Origin: Roseibacillus sp.
Lineage (GTDB): Bacteria; Verrucomicrobiota; Verrucomicrobiia; Verrucomicrobiales; Akkermansiaceae
DNA: 64,000 nucleotides
Direction: 5' to 3'
Assembly (NCBI GenBank): GCA_051251855.1
Contig: JBPOGI010000005.1
Span: 96,001 to 160,000, forward strand
A model generated the notes under the pieces. It was not told the DNA's origin, ran no database searches, and was given only the letters and a program-made list of their open reading frames with translations. Made by a program: the position numbers and the translations under genes. This document shows, in pieces, positions 29,744 to 38,586 of the stretch. The number at the start of each line of letters is the position of its first letter. Positions within the stretch are counted from its first letter, which is position 1.

Positions 29744-29759
29744 ATTGAGGTTTCACGCC

Positions 29760-29787
29760 TCACCGGGAGCTGAAAAGCTCCCGGTGA
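29760..29787. repeat. Perfect 12-bp hairpin with GAAA loop
   Basis: TCACCGGGAGCT-GAAA-AGCTCCCGGTGA. Confidence 0.85.
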
Positions 29788-29857
29788 CATGTGTGGCTTG
29801 GGCTTAGAAAGCTCAAGATTCCTTTACACGGATGGCGCCAAAGCTAACGATGCCGAC

Positions 29858-30664
29858 GTGATTTCAAAATTTTTTCTATTCTTCGTTATCCATTCATGCC
29901 TTTGGGCAGACGAAATTAGCCATCCTAAGGATGAGGAGGATTCAGAGAAGACCGTCCTTCATCTGAACGAAATTCTAGACACAGAGATGAAATCTGCTGT
30001 TGTCACCGCTTTCACCGACCTCACCATGGAAGGCGTAATTGAATGGGCTCAAAATCGAATTGAGGTGCTTGAAAAATCTCTTCCAACTTTTGAAAAAGGA
30101 GATGAGCGAATAGAACATTCCGAAAGGATGTTACATCAGTTTAAGATGATGAAAATTGAGGCTGAAAAAATTATAGCGGCAGACCATCTTAGTGATATTG
30201 GTTTTTCAAAAAGGGATATTTCTCTTATTCAAAAATACTTCCCTACTAACGGAGTCCTTATGGCAGCGGCCTACGGAGAAAAACCCGAAGGATTTGATAA
30301 ATCCTTTGCTCGAATCGTAAAATACGATGAACGAAGAACTTCTGAAGGCGAGGAAGGGTTTGAAAAAGGGGAAAAAATGTTCAGTAAAACATTATCTATT
30401 GCTCACAACACCCTAAATCCTGATAACAAACTAGAGCCCGGAACCCCTGAATACGAGGCCTATGAAAAAGCTATTGCAGACTACAATGAAAAACTAGAAG
30501 CCTCTATTGCAGCCTCAAAAGCAAAGCAAGCAGAGCTAATTGCGGAACAAAAAGAACTAATTGCGGAACGAGAAGCCTCTGAAAAAAGAACAGAAGCTAT
30601 GATTGCTTCGATTATAGCTTCGGTAAACCCAAACGAAAACTCTGGAAAAAAAACGAAGAAATAA
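29858..30664 (+). CDS. AT-rich hypothetical secreted protein with C-terminal coiled coil
   Basis: Long ORF; signal-like VISKFFLFFVIHSCLWA from GTG 29858; ELIAE repeat. Confidence 0.65.
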   Translation: MISKFFLFFVIHSCLWADEISHPKDEEDSEKTVLHLNEILDTEMKSAVVTAFTDLTMEGVIEWAQNRIEVLEKSLPTFEKGDERIEHSERMLHQFKMMKIEAEKIIAADHLSDIGFSKRDISLIQKYFPTNGVLMAAAYGEKPEGFDKSFARIVKYDERRTSEGEEGFEKGEKMFSKTLSIAHNTLNPDNKLEPGTPEYEAYEKAIADYNEKLEASIAASKAKQAELIAEQKELIAEREASEKRTEAMIASIIASVNPNENSGKKTKK

Positions 30665-30769
30665 CAATGGGAGAGTTACCCTTCTTCTTTCGCGAACGCG
30701 GATATATCGATGACGAATCTGTGATTCCCGCCGTTGGGTTGCACTTCATCAAAAGCTGTCGCTGCCATC

Positions 30770-30812
30770 GTCGGTGACTGCGTCTTGGGGAAACCCAAGA
30801 CGGTTCACCGAC
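30770..30812. repeat. Long stem-loop with GAAA loop
   Basis: GTCGGTGA-ctg-CGTCTTGGG-GAAA-CCCAAGACG-gt-TCACCGAC. Confidence 0.75.
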
Positions 30813-31009
30813 TTCCTCATAAGGTTGTATTTCGTCAACGCATTTTCAGCGCACCAGGACGGAGCAAGTTTGCTTTTCGCCGGAAGTCCCATTGATCTTT
30901 TCTTCGTTCCGAAGAAAATTCTCTCGGGACGCAAAAAGCGTAAGCGTCTGAAACACGGCCTTTGTCTCGGAATTGTTTCGCCGTCTATTTTTGGTTCTGC
31001 TTGGCCGCT

Positions 31010-31234
31010 ATGCCAAAAAGCAAACGATCCAAACCATGGCCAGTGCAAGACGTCCGCTACGTCGAAGTTGCCTTGACCGAACTTACTACCCGCCATCTTC
31101 ATGTCGAATTCGACCACGGCATCCGCATCGTGGTTGCCAATGAGGACCAGCTTCCGCTCGCTGCCCGACTCATTGAGCAGCTCCGTCAAGAGGTTCGTTC
31201 GAATAGTACTGCGGCGAAGGGAGGTCTCTCATGA
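31010..31234 (+). CDS. IS66 TnpA-like accessory protein (short)
   Basis: YVEV...VEFDHGIRIVV; ATGA overlap with the tnpB fragment. Confidence 0.55.
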   Translation: MPKSKRSKPWPVQDVRYVEVALTELTTRHLHVEFDHGIRIVVANEDQLPLAARLIEQLRQEVRSNSTAAKGGLS

Positions 31235-31355
31235 TGGGACTCACCAACAACCTGCGCATCTTCCTCGTGATTGAAGCCTGCGACATGCGTAAGTCCTTCA
31301 ACGGGCTCGCTGCTATCGCCGAAGAGCTCAAGCCTGACGACCTCAAAAGCGGCGT
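31231..31355 (+). pseudogene. tnpB: Truncated IS66 TnpB
   Basis: RIFLVIEACDMRKSFNGLAAIA...SG, then interrupted by the MITE. Confidence 0.8.
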
Positions 31356-31360
31356 TAATG

Positions 31361-31491
31361 AGAAGGGACAGACATCTTTCAGGCCGCTTCTTGAAAGGGG
31401 ACAGACACCTTTCAGACCTTCAATAATTTGTCTGTCCAACTACGACGGTCCAACTACGACGGTCCAACTACGACGATGGTCCAACTACGAC
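31361..31491. mobile_element. Non-autonomous miniature (MITE-like) derivative of the Y1 element plus 4 x CAACTACGAC array
   Basis: Two left ends (AAGGGACAGACATCTTTCAG; AAAGGGGACAGACACCTTTCAG) directly joined to the right end CAATAATTTGTCTGTCCAACTACGAC. Confidence 0.8.
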
Positions 31492-31511
31492 GATGAGTTG
31501 TTTGCTTCGGC

Positions 31512-31931
31512 TCAGACCTTCTGCCGGTTGGCCAGGGCGATGAATTCGTAGGTGCCGTGGACTTCGACTGGGTGGGAGAGGTTGAGATGGGGGAGGAAGT
31601 CTGGGGAGGTATAGAAATCTTTGAGGGTCCAGCCTTCGCGGCCTAAGACGATGTAGGCTTTGTCGTATATGGGGTGGGACAGGCGAAGCGCTTCGGAGAG
31701 GCAGATGGTCTCGAAGGGGATTTTTTGTTCGGCTGTGCCACTGACTTGCTGCCACTTGAGGGAGATGAGAATGGAGTGCTCGTCACGGGTCGCGATCATG
31801 TCGACCATGTGTTTGCCGCCGTTGGGGCGGGTGCCGACTTGGGTTTGTTCCTGGATTTGGTAGCCACCGGCTTCGAGGGCGGCGCGGACCATTTGCTCGT
31901 GGACGTAGCCTGTTGAGGTGTCGCGGGGCAT
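31512..31931 (-). CDS. PD-(D/E)XK nuclease, putative restriction endonuclease
   Basis: VDMIA...ISLKWQQVSGTAEQK; starts 4 bp downstream of the MTase stop. Confidence 0.7.
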   Translation of the reverse strand: MPRDTSTGYVHEQMVRAALEAGGYQIQEQTQVGTRPNGGKHMVDMIATRDEHSILISLKWQQVSGTAEQKIPFETICLSEALRLSHPIYDKAYIVLGREGWTLKDFYTSPDFLPHLNLSHPVEVHGTYEFIALANRQKV

Positions 31932-31935
31932 TCGG

Positions 31936-32721
31936 TTAGAGGTTGAGGGTGGCGAGGACTTCTTTGGCGGGGGTGCGGTCGCCGGTACAGGAGATGCGGC
32001 GGGGGGCGTCTAGGGTTTGGAGGGTGAAGCCGAGGTCGGTGTAGAGTTCTTCGATGCGGGGGGTGAGTTGGTTGGAGAGGGCTACCGGGCCGGGGTGTTG
32101 CTTGAGCCAGTGGGCGAGGCGGACTTGGTCGTCCCAGTTGAAGCCGCCAGCGGAGTATTGTGTGAACTCGACGTCGTAGGGTGGGTCGGCGTAGATGAAA
32201 TCTTCGGGCTTGGTTTTGAGTTTCTCGAAGTCACCGCATTGGAAGGTCCAGTGGGCGAAGACGGGTTTGAATTCGAGGAAGTCTTCCTTGTAGTTGATGG
32301 TCTTGTAGCGGCCGAAGGGGACGTTGTAGAATCCGGACTTGTTGAAGCGGCAGAGTCCGTTGAAGCAGGTGCGGTTGAGGAAGTAGAAGAGTTGAGCGGC
32401 TTCTGGTGTTTCGTGCTGCTCGGCTTTGATGAGATCGTTGAAGCGTTCGCGTTGGCGATAGAACAGCTCAGAGTTGTTTGCCATCTCGATGTCGACGGTG
32501 AGGCCGGACTTGAGGTGGCGGTAAAAGTTGAGAAGGTGGGGATTGATGTCGTTGAGGAGAGCCTTCCTAGGAGTGAGGCCGAGAGTAACGGCAAGACCAC
32601 CGCAGAAGGGTTCTACAAGGCGGCGAGAGGCGTGTTCTTGCCAGACTGGTTGGAGGTGTGGGACGAGCCAACGCTTGCCTCCTGCCCACTTAAGGGGTGG
32701 ATTGTGTATAGTATCAGGCAT
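31936..32721 (-). CDS. Dam/D12-class N6-adenine DNA methyltransferase
   Basis: LKWAGGK, EPFCGG, NDIN, FNGLCRFN..G.YNVPFG, YADPPY. Confidence 0.93.
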   Translation of the reverse strand: MPDTIHNPPLKWAGGKRWLVPHLQPVWQEHASRRLVEPFCGGLAVTLGLTPRKALLNDINPHLLNFYRHLKSGLTVDIEMANNSELFYRQRERFNDLIKAEQHETPEAAQLFYFLNRTCFNGLCRFNKSGFYNVPFGRYKTINYKEDFLEFKPVFAHWTFQCGDFEKLKTKPEDFIYADPPYDVEFTQYSAGGFNWDDQVRLAHWLKQHPGPVALSNQLTPRIEELYTDLGFTLQTLDAPRRISCTGDRTPAKEVLATLNL

Positions 32722-32730
32722 CTGAATTTT

Positions 32731-33813
32731 TTACTCAAGTTCGAGGAGTTTACGGGCGTCGGGCGTGAAGTGTGAACTGATCAGCTTGTGACGAATGACC
32801 TCTTGGTCGAACGGATTGTATGGTTCATCCAGCAGACAAGGGGTTAAGCTCACTGAATAGTCGAGTGAAGAAGGCATAGCAAAATAGTAATCTACTTCAA
32901 AACCAGCCAGTGCGGCCCGAATGTCTCTCTGGTCGCCGAGCGAACAGCGACAACCAAATACGACTCTCTTGATTAGGTTTCTGTTGTATCCTCGGACATA
33001 CAGCCAATCATTGCGTTTTATGAAGTGAGGGTAAATAGAATCGTTAGCGTTTTTATCAGTAGATAAAGTTTCAGCCATTTTAAGAGGAAGAAGGACGCGG
33101 AATTCTTTCTCATAACTCCAATTATTGGATTTCCAAAAAAACTGTTGGAATGTCGTTTCAAGGCTTAGTTCCTTTGGAAACGAATACCGTTTCTTTTCGT
33201 ATCGGACTTTTCGAATATTGCCGATAAACTCTCGACTAGGAAGATCTGAGGGCATTGGTTTGTTGGCCATTTGGTGGCAGTCAGTAAGGAGGTCGAACCA
33301 GGAATCAGAGGAGTCGTATCCCACGCAAAACCCAGTATGTTTGTTTGCGTAGTGGCTCCACATCAGGTAACTCTCTGGATCGCTAGAAAGACATAGAACT
33401 CCAAACATTTCAGAGAGTTGACTTTGAACTTTCTGCTGTCGTGAAGACTCGAGTGGGTTTTGTTTTTGTGGTGAGGTTGCTTCGACAACTTGCTTCCAAG
33501 CTTCTTCAGGTAGAATATCTTTTAGTTTTTGAGACTCGAAATGACAACGTAGAGTATCCGGAGGCGCTTGCTCAAAAATCTTCTCGAAGAGTTCATGGAG
33601 GTTACTTTCTTCGATCAGCTGCCCTATGGTCATGTTGAGAACTATTTCCTGATGAGATGTGAAAGAGTGGTCTGACTGAATTGGGTCTGGAACTGCAGAC
33701 GCCTCAAAAGGGTCATTGAAATCAGTTAGAAGTGTGAATTTGATTGAGCCTTCAGAGACAGTTTTTAGAGACCCCTCTGAGCAATCTAAATATTTGTAGA
33801 GGAGTTTTTTCAT
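32731..33813 (-). CDS. DUF2971-like domain protein
   Basis: LYKY, FNDPFE, LMWSHYANKHTGFCVGY, K...WSYEKEFR; ATG 33813. Confidence 0.8.
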   Translation of the reverse strand: MKKLLYKYLDCSEGSLKTVSEGSIKFTLLTDFNDPFEASAVPDPIQSDHSFTSHQEIVLNMTIGQLIEESNLHELFEKIFEQAPPDTLRCHFESQKLKDILPEEAWKQVVEATSPQKQNPLESSRQQKVQSQLSEMFGVLCLSSDPESYLMWSHYANKHTGFCVGYDSSDSWFDLLTDCHQMANKPMPSDLPSREFIGNIRKVRYEKKRYSFPKELSLETTFQQFFWKSNNWSYEKEFRVLLPLKMAETLSTDKNANDSIYPHFIKRNDWLYVRGYNRNLIKRVVFGCRCSLGDQRDIRAALAGFEVDYYFAMPSSLDYSVSLTPCLLDEPYNPFDQEVIRHKLISSHFTPDARKLLELE

Positions 33814-33874
33814 TTTTTGACGATAGGCAGCATGGTGTTCTCGGACTTGTAGAAGATTTTCTTGTCCGTAATTT

Positions 33875-34042
33875 TTATTTTTCTCTGGTGCCAATTTTGC
33901 TTCTTCGCATTTCCTGTCTCGCTTCCTTGTGATGCTGAATGACCTGTTGGCGGACTTCCTCGATGGTCCGCTGCTTGGGCGGTAGTTTGGATAGCGCGGC
34001 GTTGACGGCTTGGAGTTTTTTGGAGGGGCCTTGGACTTTCAT
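33875..34042 (-). CDS. Small basic hypothetical protein (55 aa)
   Basis: Manually read ORF MKVQGPSKKLQAVNAALSKLPPKQRTIEEVRQQVIQHHKEARQEMRRSKIGTREK filling the gap between abi and DUF2971. Confidence 0.5.
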   Translation of the reverse strand: MKVQGPSKKLQAVNAALSKLPPKQRTIEEVRQQVIQHHKEARQEMRRSKIGTREK

Positions 34043-34060
34043 CTGAGGGGGAGGTGCTTG

Positions 34061-35170
34061 TTATTTCGGCGCTAGGGTTGCCAGTTTTTCTTGCCAGTCA
34101 GAAGGGAAGCCCATGGGTTCGAGGGTGACTGAGGGGTGTTTTTCAATGAGTTGGGTGAGGTGTTCGAGCCATTTGGATTCTGGTTCGATTGACCATAAGC
34201 AGTAGAGGACCGTTGCAATCTGGGCGAATAGGAGATCGTTAGATTGAAGGATGTGCTTCAAGTTCTTTTTCTTTGAGGGGCAAAAGATGAAGCGGCGATC
34301 CCACAAGCGACTGTGATGTGCGCAGGCGTTTCTGAGATTGGTGAGGGCGTGAATCCATGAGGTGAGTTCGGGTGTGCTCGCGCGGAAGTATCTGGCAACC
34401 GGTTTTTGGTCTGAGGCTTCAGCTAACATACCGTAAGCTTTTGACCAGTTGCCCATGCTTAGAACATCAGCTAGCATCCAGCACGGGGGAATAGGAGGGT
34501 CTCCATAGGTTGCGTAGTAGTGCTTAATGGAGAGGGATTCTTTGTTGCGGCGGGCTTCCTCGTAGGTTTTGATGAGAAATTCCTGATGGTTAAAGAGGAG
34601 TTCGTCGGAGTTTTTTTTGGTTTTCTTACTGAACCGGTTGGGGTCCATAAACCAGTGAGGCCCATAGCGAGTCGCCATGGTATCGTTCAAGCGTTCACGG
34701 AAGGCGATTTCGATTCGTTCGATGGCATCGAGAACGAGTAGGCGAAGGTGTCGATCAAATTGGTAGAGATCGGTGAGATGCTCGAATCGCGTCCCTTCTT
34801 TGTAGGAGTCGGTGAGCCTTCCATTCTCGTCTTGTATTCGGAATTGAAGTCCGAAACCTGAGAGGCGGTAGTAGCCAACTTTATGGAGCCACTCGAGGGC
34901 GACTGCTTTGTCGTCTATTGCGACACCTCGTTCACTCAAGATTTGAATGAGCTCTTCTTGGGATTGATGCTCTTTCTGGAAGGTGTTCGCAGTTTGATAT
35001 CCCGGTACAGAGAAAGGCGCGACCTGGTTCGCTTCCGAAAATCGGAGTCGCGTGCCGCGCACTGTCGTGGCTTCTATCGTTGATATGTCGCTATGATTCA
35101 AGAGAAAACTGCGCAACTCAGACTCTAAAACACTGTCTGGAGTTGGGTTTTCTTCCTGATTTTCAGTCAC
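34061..35170 (-). CDS. Abi family (AbiD/AbiF-like) HEPN protein
   Basis: L..VGYYRLSG, LY.FDR.LR...IE.IE, PPCW, LRNACAHHSRLW (RxxxxH). Confidence 0.88.
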   Translation of the reverse strand: MTENQEENPTPDSVLESELRSFLLNHSDISTIEATTVRGTRLRFSEANQVAPFSVPGYQTANTFQKEHQSQEELIQILSERGVAIDDKAVALEWLHKVGYYRLSGFGLQFRIQDENGRLTDSYKEGTRFEHLTDLYQFDRHLRLLVLDAIERIEIAFRERLNDTMATRYGPHWFMDPNRFSKKTKKNSDELLFNHQEFLIKTYEEARRNKESLSIKHYYATYGDPPIPPCWMLADVLSMGNWSKAYGMLAEASDQKPVARYFRASTPELTSWIHALTNLRNACAHHSRLWDRRFIFCPSKKKNLKHILQSNDLLFAQIATVLYCLWSIEPESKWLEHLTQLIEKHPSVTLEPMGFPSDWQEKLATLAPK

Positions 35171-35194
35171 TTAGGATTTTGTTCGGTGGCGAAT

Positions 35195-35251
35195 GGAGCG
35201 TGTCCTAACCTGGTCTTGCGGGGAATTGCGCAGGCGGGACGCCTACGCTCC
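35195..35251. repeat. REP-like palindrome downstream of nrdA
   Basis: GGAGCGT...GCAGGCGGGACGCCTACGCTCC. Confidence 0.5.
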
Positions 35252-35256
35252 TTGAG

Positions 35257-38200
35257 TTATTGGCAGGCTTCGCATTCTTCGCCGTTGCGCATGGCTTCGA
35301 TGGAGCAGGCGGCTTGTTCGGCGGGGGTGTAGGATTTGGAGGCGGCTCCGGCTCCGGCGGGGACGGTCGATTTCTCGATGTTGGAGGCTTGGAGGGTTCT
35401 GAGGTAGTAGGTGGTTTTGAGGCCGGTGGTCCAGGCGCGGCGATACATGTGACTCAAGGTCTTCATCTCGGGGGCGGCTAGGAAGAGGTTGACGGACTGG
35501 GACTGGTCGATCCACTTCTGGCGGCGGGCGGCGGCGTCGATGAGGTAGTCGTGGCCGATGCTGAAGACGGTGAGGTGTTTCTTCTTGAGGTGCTCGGGGA
35601 TGCCGTCGATGTCGGCGAGCTCGCCGTCGAAGTATTTGAGCTGGTCGAGCATCTCTTGGTTCCAGAGGCCTTCTTTCTTGAGGTCGTTGACGAGCTCGCG
35701 GTTGAGGACGATGAAGTCGCCGCTGAGGTTGCTTTTGACGAAGAGGTTTTTGTAGCTGGGCTCGATGCAGGGGGTGGTGCCCATGATGTTGCTGATTGTT
35801 GCGGTGGGGGCGATGGCGAGGACGTTGGAGTTGCGCATGCCGTTGGCGGCGATTTTGTCGCGCACGACGCGCCAGTCCATTTTGCCGCCGCGGGGGACTT
35901 CGATGTCTTGTCCGCGCTCTTCTTGCAGGAGGTCGAGGGTGTCCTGGGGGAGGAGGCCGCGGTCCCACTTGGATCCTTTGTAGCTCTGGTAGCTGCCGCG
36001 CTCGCCGGAGAGGTCGCTGGAGCTACTGTAGGCGTAGTAGGCGATGGCTTCCATGAATTCGTCGTTGAAGTCGACGGCTTGCTCGGAGGCGAAGGAGTAG
36101 CCTTTCTTGTAGAGGGCGTTTTGGAGGCCCATAACGCCGAGGCCGATGGGGCGGTGGCGGCTGTTGGCGGTGGCGGCGGCATCGGTGGGGTAGAAGTTGA
36201 TGTCGATGACGTTGTCGAGGGCACGGATGGCGACGAGGATGGTCTCGCGCAGCATGTCGTGGTCGAGGGCACCGTCGTCGGTGATGTGGGTGTCGAGGAC
36301 GACGGATCCGAGGTTGCAGACGGCGGTTTCTTCTTCGGAGGTGTTGAGGGTGATCTCGGTGCAGAGGTTGCTGCTGTGGATGACGCCGACGTGGTCCTGG
36401 GGGCTGCGCACGTTGCAGGGGTCTTTGAAGGTGATCCAGGGGTGGCCGGTCTCGAAGACCATGGAGAGCATTTTTTTCCAAAGGTCGATGGCGGGAATTT
36501 GGCGGGACCAGATTTTGCCTTCGGCGGCTTGTTTTTCGTAGTCTTCGTAGCGGGCTTTGAAGGCGGCTCCGTAGAGGTCGTGGAGGTCGGGGGTCTCGTT
36601 GGCGCGGAAGAGGGTCCAGTTCTGGCGGCCTTCCATGCGTTGCATGAAGAGGTCGGGGATCCAGTTGGCGGTGTTCATGTCGTGGGTGCGACGGCGCTCG
36701 TCTCCGGTATTGACGCGGAGTTGGAGGAAGTCCTCGATGTCGTTGTGCCAGGTCTCGAGGTAGGCGCAGCCGGAGCCGCGTCGCTTGCCGCCTTGGTTGA
36801 CGGCGATGAGTTGGTCGTTGTGAAGCTTGAGGAAGGGGATGACGCCTTGGGACTCGCCGTTGGTGCCTTGGATGTAGCCGCCGGTGCCGCGAACGGCGGT
36901 CCAGGAGCCGCCGAGTCCGCCGGCCCACTTGGAGAGGTAGGCGTTGTCGGCGATGCCGCGCTGCATGATGGACTCGATGCTGTCGTCGACTTTGTAGAGG
37001 TAGCAGCTGGAGAGTTGGCTGTGGAGGGTGCCGCTGTTGAAGAGGGTGGGGGTGCTGGAGCAGAAGCGGCGGCCTTTGTAGAGGTTGTAGAGGCGGATGG
37101 TCCAGTTGTTGCGGCGGGTCTTTTCGGCTTTGAAGAGGCCCATGGAGACGCGCATCCAGAAGAACTGGGGGGTCTCGAGGCGACGGGGCTTTTTGCCGGT
37201 CTTGTCGATGATGAGGTAGCGGTCGTAGAGGGTCTGGATGCCGAGGTAGTCGAAGTCGAGGTCGGCGGTGGGGTCGAGGGCGTCGGCGAGCTTTGCGATG
37301 TCGTAGCGGCCATCTAACAGGTCGGGGCTGAGGCGCTTGATTTTGACGCCGTGCTTGAGGTAGGCGCGGAAGGCTTTTTTGTGGGCGGCCTTGAGGCCTT
37401 CGATGCCGTCGCTGATGATGTTCCAGTCGAGGACTTCTTCGTAGATGTAGGAGAGGAGGATGCGGCCGGCGAATTTGGCCATGTCGGCGTCTTTCTCGAT
37501 GAGGGCGCGGGCGTTGAGGCAGATGGTTTTCTGGAGGTCTTCGGCGGAGATTTCGGCGCCGATGGAGCGGCGGAGTTCGCGCTCGAGGGTTTCTTCGTTG
37601 AGGGTGAGGTCGAGGCCGATGGAGGCGAATTGGATGCGCTTCTTGAGCTCTTGTCCATTCCAGAGGTCGGATTGGCCGTCGCGGTTGACGGTGACGAAGG
37701 ATTCCTGGTTGGGGTCTTCGGCGGGAGTGGTTTGGAGCTCGCGCATGCGGGAGCGGTCGTCGCGGTAGCGGACGTAGTGGGCGGCGACCTTGAAGTGGCC
37801 TTGGCGCATGAGTTCTTCTTGCACGAAGTCCTGGACGTCTTCGATGTGGACGAAGGCTTCTTCGCTGTCGCGGACGCGGCCGGTGACGGCGCGGGCGATG
37901 TCGTGGGCGGCGGCGGGGTCTTCTTCGAGGGTGAGGAAGGCGCGGGCGGTGGCGGATTCGATTTTGGTTTCGGACCAGGGGACGACGTTGCCGTTGCGAC
38001 GAATGAGGCGCACGGGCATGGTGGCGGGCTCTTCGTCGAGGGAGATTTCGCCGTTGTTCTCGAGGCTGCGCTTGAAGACGAGGGATTTGGCGACGTCGTG
38101 GGCGTCGTTCTCGATGAGGGCTTTTTCGATGAGGAGGTAGAGGTCGTTCTGGGTGAGCTTGAGGGTGTTGCCTTTTTGAACCTGCTCCATGAGGCGCTTG

Positions 38201-38508
38201 GAGACGCTGTGGGCGACGGCGGAGACGAAGCTGCGGTTCTCGTCGTTGAAGATGGAGGCGTGTTCGCGCTTGCGAGCGATGAGGAGGTCGGTGAGGGATT
38301 CGCCAATGGCGTCGGCGACGTTGGCGAGGGAGAAGTGTTCTTCGGTGCCGCCGTTGGTGACGGTGATTTCGGGGACGGGGGTGCGGTCAGCGGAGAGAAG
38401 GGTTTCGCGCCAGTTGTGGGGCTGGAAAGCTTCGTTGGTGTTGTGGAAGCGGTTGGAGATTACTTCTTTGAGAGCGATGTCTTCTTCTAGTGTTATCGAG
38501 CGGTACAT
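35257..38508 (-). CDS. nrdA: Class I ribonucleotide reductase alpha subunit with multiple ATP cones
   Basis: SSTPTLFN, SSCYL, SSNLCTEI, VCNLGS, APTATIS, TTYYLR, C-terminal CEAC. Confidence 0.97.
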   Translation of the reverse strand: MYRSITLEEDIALKEVISNRFHNTNEAFQPHNWRETLLSADRTPVPEITVTNGGTEEHFSLANVADAIGESLTDLLIARKREHASIFNDENRSFVSAVAHSVSKRLMEQVQKGNTLKLTQNDLYLLIEKALIENDAHDVAKSLVFKRSLENNGEISLDEEPATMPVRLIRRNGNVVPWSETKIESATARAFLTLEEDPAAAHDIARAVTGRVRDSEEAFVHIEDVQDFVQEELMRQGHFKVAAHYVRYRDDRSRMRELQTTPAEDPNQESFVTVNRDGQSDLWNGQELKKRIQFASIGLDLTLNEETLERELRRSIGAEISAEDLQKTICLNARALIEKDADMAKFAGRILLSYIYEEVLDWNIISDGIEGLKAAHKKAFRAYLKHGVKIKRLSPDLLDGRYDIAKLADALDPTADLDFDYLGIQTLYDRYLIIDKTGKKPRRLETPQFFWMRVSMGLFKAEKTRRNNWTIRLYNLYKGRRFCSSTPTLFNSGTLHSQLSSCYLYKVDDSIESIMQRGIADNAYLSKWAGGLGGSWTAVRGTGGYIQGTNGESQGVIPFLKLHNDQLIAVNQGGKRRGSGCAYLETWHNDIEDFLQLRVNTGDERRRTHDMNTANWIPDLFMQRMEGRQNWTLFRANETPDLHDLYGAAFKARYEDYEKQAAEGKIWSRQIPAIDLWKKMLSMVFETGHPWITFKDPCNVRSPQDHVGVIHSSNLCTEITLNTSEEETAVCNLGSVVLDTHITDDGALDHDMLRETILVAIRALDNVIDINFYPTDAAATANSRHRPIGLGVMGLQNALYKKGYSFASEQAVDFNDEFMEAIAYYAYSSSSDLSGERGSYQSYKGSKWDRGLLPQDTLDLLQEERGQDIEVPRGGKMDWRVVRDKIAANGMRNSNVLAIAPTATISNIMGTTPCIEPSYKNLFVKSNLSGDFIVLNRELVNDLKKEGLWNQEMLDQLKYFDGELADIDGIPEHLKKKHLTVFSIGHDYLIDAAARRQKWIDQSQSVNLFLAAPEMKTLSHMYRRAWTTGLKTTYYLRTLQASNIEKSTVPAGAGAASKSYTPAEQAACSIEAMRNGEECEACQ

Positions 38509-38586
38509 GGTGGTTTGGGTGTGGAAAGGTTGGTTGGGGTAGAGTTTTTTAGTGTTCAGTTTGCAGTTTGCAGTCCTGGGTTGTGG

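Larger units (their letters stand above)
30940..31355 (+). mobile_element. IS66-family remnant (left end, tnpA-like ORF, truncated tnpB)
   Basis: GTAAGCGTC terminus at 30940; short ORF 31010..31234 overlapping an ORF with DMRKSFNGL (IS66 TnpB motif). Confidence 0.8.

Noticed and set aside
28141..31491. CAACTACGAC arrays as CRISPR
   Set aside because: Units are 10-24 nt with 1-4 nt spacers matching the local flank; no cas genes
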